From: Candidatus Poribacteria bacterium
GTDB taxonomy: Bacteria > Poribacteria > WGA-4E > WGA-3G
Length of the DNA stretch: 64,000 bases
Assembly: GCA_965242965.1 (NCBI GenBank)
Contig: OZ251518.1
Location: 1,728,001 to 1,792,000, forward strand
Direction of reading: 5' to 3'
The notes beneath the pieces were generated by a model. That model saw only the letters and a list, made by a program, of their open reading frames with translations, ran no database searches and was not told the origin of the DNA. This document shows, one piece after another, positions 59,330 through 64,000 of the stretch (positions within the stretch are counted from its first letter, which is position 1; each line of letters opens with the position of its first letter). Position numbers and translations under genes: made by a program.

Positions 59330-60392
59330 GATCGCGAGGGACAGGCCCTCGCGCTACGGTAATCGGGGGATGGTTTGCTGCCCGCGAGGGACAGGCCCTC
59401 GCGCCACGTAGAAAAAACGCCGTCCCTTTACGTAGGGCGAGGGCCTGTCCCTCGCCATGCTGCGGTCTATCAAACCGCTCTTCTAGGTCCGTAGGACCTT
59501 AATGTCTATAGTTCCTCGCCCCGCGAAGACTCTTAAGGTCTGTAGGACCTTAATGTGCAGCCGCACCTCGTGGCTCGCATCCTATTAAGGACCTAAAGGA
59601 CCTTGAAAACGGGCCGACACGTGTTGCTATAGACATGCAGGACCTAAAGGACCTGAAGAGCCATTTTTTTCAAAAGAGGTTTCACCGCCGCGCGGGAGAG
59701 AATCCTGCGGATCCTATAATCTTGTGAATCCTGATTCAGACAGCTAGAGGCATCGCGAGGGACAGGCCCCCGCGCTACGGGAACCGGACGGTTTCTTCAT
59801 GCTCGCGGGGGACAGGCCCCCGCGCTACGGTATCGGAACATTTTCTTCACAAAACGGCCCCCTTCATCGTAGGGCGAGGGCCTGTCCCTCGCCATGCTGC
59901 GGGCTACCGAATGCTCGCGGGGGCCTGTCCCCCGCGCTACGGGAACGGGACGGTGTTTCATAACTCTGTAGTTCGGGAGCGCCAGATCCCGAACGGGTCA
60001 GGATCTGGCGCTCCTGAACTACAGAGGTGAGGAGGTCTGACTCTCCTACGGTTCGCCATCGGACGTTCGCGGGGGAATCGAGACCAGGAGGTCTCTCCTA
60101 CAGGACGATCGCGGGGGACAGGCCCCCGCGCTACGGTAACCGGACATCTTCTTCACAAAACGGCCCCTTTCACCGTAGGGCGAGGGCCTGTCCCTCGCCA
60201 TGCTGCGGTCTAACAAACCGCTCTTTTAGGTCCGTAAGACCTTAATGTCTATAGCAAAACGTGCTGCACCCTAGCAAGGTCCGTAGGACCTGAATGTTGC
60301 ATCGAGACCAGGAGGTCTCTCCTACCGGAAGAAATCGAGACCGGGAGGTCTCTCCTACGGGGAAGACATTAAGATATAAAACCCTCTCAATT
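59330..60392. repeat. Large composite REP/MITE cluster
   Basis: Several REP families, an AGGTCC/GGACCT array and TIR-like ends. Confidence 0.88.
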
Positions 60393-60485
60393 GGTTACCC
60401 CGCGAACGAAACCCCGATGCTGGCAAATTTTTGCTGGACAAAAAAATTTAAACATGATAAACTATCCGAAAAAAGGAGGACAATC

Positions 60486-61136
60486 ATGGACGATAAAAAG
60501 CAGCACGCGTCCGAGAAACCAGAGAAAACCACTATCTCGCGGCGGAATTTCTTGAAAGGGGTAGGCACCGGCACCGTCGCCGCGGCTGTCGCCCCGACGG
60601 TTCTCATCGGCGCAGAGACAGCGGCGGAAGCGCAAGCCGGTGAAGCGATTACCAGCGCGACGATTCAACTTGACATCAACGCGAAGATGTATGAGGTAGA
60701 AGTTGAATCACGCACCACATTGTTGACAGTGTTGCGCGACAGTAGCGACACCCGTGGCAACCGCGTCGATCTGACCGGGGCGAAACTTATCTGTGACCGG
60801 GGCGAATGCGGCGGTTGCACGGTGATGGTGGACAACAAACCGGTTTACGCCTGCATGATGCTAGCGATTGACGCGCAAGGGAAGCAAATAACGACTGTCG
60901 AGGGGCTCGCCGATGGCGATACCCTGCATCCCGTGCAAGAGGCGTTCATCCAACACGACGCGATGATGTGCGGTTTCTGCACGCCCGGCTTTATCGTATC
61001 AGCGGCATCGCTGCTGAGCGAAAATAAGAAACCGACGCTGGAAGAGATTAAGGTAGGGTTGTCAGGCAACACCTGTCGCTGCGGGACTTATCCGTTCATC
61101 TTCGACGCGGTGGAAACGGCTGCCCGAAAGATGTAA
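60486..61136 (+). CDS. Xanthine dehydrogenase family [2Fe-2S] subunit with Tat signal (YagT/PaoA-like)
   Basis: SRRNFLK, CDRGECGGC, CGFCTPG, CRCG; AGGAGG SD. Confidence 0.92.
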   Translation: MDDKKQHASEKPEKTTISRRNFLKGVGTGTVAAAVAPTVLIGAETAAEAQAGEAITSATIQLDINAKMYEVEVESRTTLLTVLRDSSDTRGNRVDLTGAKLICDRGECGGCTVMVDNKPVYACMMLAIDAQGKQITTVEGLADGDTLHPVQEAFIQHDAMMCGFCTPGFIVSAASLLSENKKPTLEEIKVGLSGNTCRCGTYPFIFDAVETAARKM

Positions 61137-61169
61137 CGCATCTTACCCGCTTAGGGAAGGAGGTTAACG

Positions 61170-63290
61170 ATGGCATCATGGGGAGAAGCAAGTGAATCTC
61201 GCCTCATCGGCAAGCGGATACCTCGTTTGTCCGGTAAGGATAAAGTTACAGGCAAAGCGAAGTATACCTTTGACATCAATCGGCCGGGGATGCTTTATGG
61301 ACGCATCTTGCGTTCCGAGGTCCCGCATGCTACCGTCAACGGCATCGATGTGAGTGCCGCCGCGGCACTGCCCGGTGTCCAAGCGGTAATTCCGTTGATT
61401 GAAGTCGGGAAGAAACTTCGCTATCAGGGACAGGAAATCGCCGCTGTTGCAGCGGAAACCGACGACATCGCGAAGGACGCGCTCCGTCTCATCGAAGTAG
61501 ACGTGGAGGAATTGCCCTTCGTCGTCACGGAAGCGGACGCGATGGAGGCAGGCGCGCCGCAAATCCGCGACGATTGGAACGGTAATCAGAGCAACCCGAA
61601 TATCCGCGAGGAAGGTGAACTTGAGGCAGGTTTCAAGGAAGCCGCCGTTGTGGTGGAAGCTACCTACCACGCGCCTGTCCAAACGCATGTCTGCTTAGAG
61701 ACGCATGGACATGTCACCGAATGGGAAGACGAACAGCACCTGACGGTGTGGGCATCAACGCAAGCGGTTTTCGGCACGCGTAACGATTTCGCACAGCACT
61801 TTGAGCTGCCCGCCAACCAAGTCCACGTCATCACCGAGCACATGGGCGGCGGCTTCGGCAGCAAATTCGGACCGGGGTTGGAAGGACACGCCGCGGCGGA
61901 ACTCTCACGTATCACCGGGAAAGCGGTAAAACTGATGCTGACGCGGAAAGATGAGCATCTCGTTGCGGGCAATCGGCCCTCAATGACACAGCACGTGCGC
62001 GCCGGTGCGACAAGCGATGGACGACTCATCGCCTACGATATGCGCGGTTACGGAACCGGCGGCATCTCTAGCGGCGCGGGGTTTCAAGCACCCTACGTGT
62101 ATCACGTCCCGAATTTCCGCACGGAAAAGGTGAACGTCGCTGTCAACGCCGGCAATCAACGCGCGATGCGCGCGCCAGGGCATCCGCAAGGCGCGTTCGC
62201 TATGGACTGCTTGATGGATGAACTCGCCGAGAAATTGGGGATGAATCCGTTGGAGTTCCGACGTATCAACGACACGAGTGAAATCCGCCAAGCGCAATAC
62301 ACGCTCGGTGCACAAGAGATTGGCTGGCATCGCCGGAATAGCGTGCCGGGCTCTGGTACCGACAGCAAGAAACGCGGCATGGGACTCGGCAGTGGACGCT
62401 GGGGCGGCGGCGGTGGACGCGGCACGGAAGCGCGCGTTACCATCAATGCCGATGGCACCGTGGAGGCAGTCACCGGCACACAGGATATCGGCACCGGCAT
62501 CCGAACGGCTATCGCGATTATTGTCGCAGAAGAGTTCGGACTGGCACCGACTGATATTATTGTCAAGGTTGGCGACAGCAGACCGGGGTTACCCTCCGGC
62601 GGTAGCGGCGGAAGTCAGACGACTGCATCGGTAGCACCGGTTATCAAGACTGCCGCAGCAGCGGCGAAGCAGAAACTGTTTGAACGCATCGCACCGCTGC
62701 TAGAAGCACCCGCAGAAGAACTGCGCGTCGGCACTGGCACCATCTACGTCGTCTCCGACCGGACGAAGACGCTCACCTGGGCACAAGCGACTGGACAACT
62801 TGGCATGGAGAGTATTAGCGAAGGCGGCCAGTGGGACGAAGAACTCCGCCAAGGTGGTGTCGCAGGCACGCAATTCGCGGAAGTGGAAGTGGATACGGAA
62901 ACGGGAGCCGTCAAGGTTATTAAAATTGTCGCCGTGCAAGATTGCGGTTTGGCCATCAACAGGCTGACGACAGAGAGTCAGATTAACGGCGGCGTGATTA
63001 TGGGGCTCGGGCAGACGCTGCTCGAAGAACGCTTCATGGACGCGCAAACCGGTAGGATGATGAACGCGAACCTTGAGGACTACAAAGTTCCCGGCACTTT
63101 TGAGATACCGGAGATTAAATCGATTGTTTTCGATACGCACCGGAAGGTGACAGGTATCGGCGAACCGCCGTGTATTCCTACGCTCGGTGCCATCGCCAAC
63201 GCGGTTTACAACGCCATCGGCGTGCGCATCCGCTCACTGCCGTTGACACCGGACAAGGTGCTCGCCGCGCTTGCTGAGCAGAAGGCATAA
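61170..63290 (+). CDS. Xanthine dehydrogenase family molybdopterin-binding subunit (YagR/PaoC-like)
   Basis: KVTGKAKY, GGGFGSK, MRAPG, QDIGTG, SQINGG, GIGEP. Confidence 0.93.
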   Translation: MASWGEASESRLIGKRIPRLSGKDKVTGKAKYTFDINRPGMLYGRILRSEVPHATVNGIDVSAAAALPGVQAVIPLIEVGKKLRYQGQEIAAVAAETDDIAKDALRLIEVDVEELPFVVTEADAMEAGAPQIRDDWNGNQSNPNIREEGELEAGFKEAAVVVEATYHAPVQTHVCLETHGHVTEWEDEQHLTVWASTQAVFGTRNDFAQHFELPANQVHVITEHMGGGFGSKFGPGLEGHAAAELSRITGKAVKLMLTRKDEHLVAGNRPSMTQHVRAGATSDGRLIAYDMRGYGTGGISSGAGFQAPYVYHVPNFRTEKVNVAVNAGNQRAMRAPGHPQGAFAMDCLMDELAEKLGMNPLEFRRINDTSEIRQAQYTLGAQEIGWHRRNSVPGSGTDSKKRGMGLGSGRWGGGGGRGTEARVTINADGTVEAVTGTQDIGTGIRTAIAIIVAEEFGLAPTDIIVKVGDSRPGLPSGGSGGSQTTASVAPVIKTAAAAAKQKLFERIAPLLEAPAEELRVGTGTIYVVSDRTKTLTWAQATGQLGMESISEGGQWDEELRQGGVAGTQFAEVEVDTETGAVKVIKIVAVQDCGLAINRLTTESQINGGVIMGLGQTLLEERFMDAQTGRMMNANLEDYKVPGTFEIPEIKSIVFDTHRKVTGIGEPPCIPTLGAIANAVYNAIGVRIRSLPLTPDKVLAALAEQKA

Positions 63291-63302
63291 AGGAGAGACG
63301 CA

Positions 63303-64000
63303 ATGGAAAAATTTAGTTACGTCAACGCGACGAGCCTTGAGCAGGTCACCTCTCTGCTGAACGCCAGCGGTTGGGGGGAGGTGATGCTAATCGCTGGCGG
63401 CACAGACCTGCTCGGCGAGCTCAAGGAGTATGTTGAAACCCCTAAGACGCTGGTGAACCTGAAGACGTTGCCGGGGATGGACACTATTTCAGCCGATGCT
63501 ACCGGCCTGAAAATCGGTGCGTTGGCCACCGTCGCCGATATCGCGGCGCACCCGACGATTCAGCATCACTACACCGTGCTGGCGCAGGCGGCGGCATCCG
63601 TCGCCACACCGCAGATTCGGAACGTCGGCACCCTCGGCGGCAACCTCTGTCAACGCCCGCGCTGCTGGTATTACCGCGACGAAACCGTTAACTGCCTCAA
63701 GAAGGGCGGCGAACTCTGCTATGCCGTTGAAGGGTTGAACAAATACCACGCCATTCTCGGCGGAGACCCGGTTTATATCGTGCATCCCTCTGACATCGCA
63801 CCGGCGTTAATCGCCTTGGGCGCGACGATGAACATTGTCGGCCCCGAAGGCGAGAAGACGATGGCGGTTGAGGAATTTTTCACGTTACCTGCAACGAATC
63901 CGTTCCGCGAGAACGTGCTTGAGCCTAACGAGCTCGTCGTTGAGGTGCAGGTGCCGCAGCCGAAATCGCACACGAAGAGCCTATATCTGAAAGCGCGCGA
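63303..64000 (+). CDS. Xanthine dehydrogenase family FAD-binding subunit (YagS/PaoB-like), 3'-truncated by window edge
   Basis: AGGTDL, ATPQIRNVGTLGGNLCQRPRCWYYR, HPSD; AAGGAG SD. Confidence 0.9.
   Translation, partial: MEKFSYVNATSLEQVTSLLNASGWGEVMLIAGGTDLLGELKEYVETPKTLVNLKTLPGMDTISADATGLKIGALATVADIAAHPTIQHHYTVLAQAAASVATPQIRNVGTLGGNLCQRPRCWYYRDETVNCLKKGGELCYAVEGLNKYHAILGGDPVYIVHPSDIAPALIALGATMNIVGPEGEKTMAVEEFFTLPATNPFRENVLEPNELVVEVQVPQPKSHTKSLYLKAR

Noticed and set aside
1-64000. rRNA, tRNA, transposase or integrase genes
   Set aside because: No recognisable cloverleaf, rRNA motif, or DDE/HUH/recombinase ORF was found by eye

Overview
GC-rich bacterial DNA with about 43 credible genes and no rRNA, tRNA, CRISPR-cas or transposase. 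Several markers suggest Candidatus Poribacteria (inference only): a cadherin/FN3/lamin-tail surface protein ending in a 'LTTFGEVK' tail, and PhyH, FGE-sulfatase, vWA and WD40 proteins. Gene blocks from left to right: (1) cp-ATP-grasp/alpha-E/transglutaminase peptide-ligase operon; (2) WD40, Zn-dehydrogenase and DUF202; (3) CADD-like, SnoaL and HAD; (4) an atypical mazEF pair followed by FGE, TPR, ECF sigma, anti-sigma and vWA; (5) purN and a TIM-barrel gene; (6) a 2,000-aa adhesin whose natural start is out of frame across a C9 tract; (7) trpD-trpC; (8) a minus-strand operon behind a perfect-consensus sigma70 promoter, encoding a 2,443-aa LysM/PA/degenerate-M28/FtsX permease, a small membrane protein, an OPT-like transporter, a tandem PsbP-like protein, a PqqD/RRE protein and an ABC ATPase, which is the best candidate for an undescribed system; (9) sugar-catabolism genes (dgoD, two TIM barrels, GH172); (10) waaA and trxA; (11) a Tat-exported xanthine-dehydrogenase-family molybdoenzyme. 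About 8 kb by eye is made of several families of GTAG-footed palindromic REP elements. These are often packaged between ~20-bp terminal inverted repeats, and several have inserted in frame into protein-coding genes.
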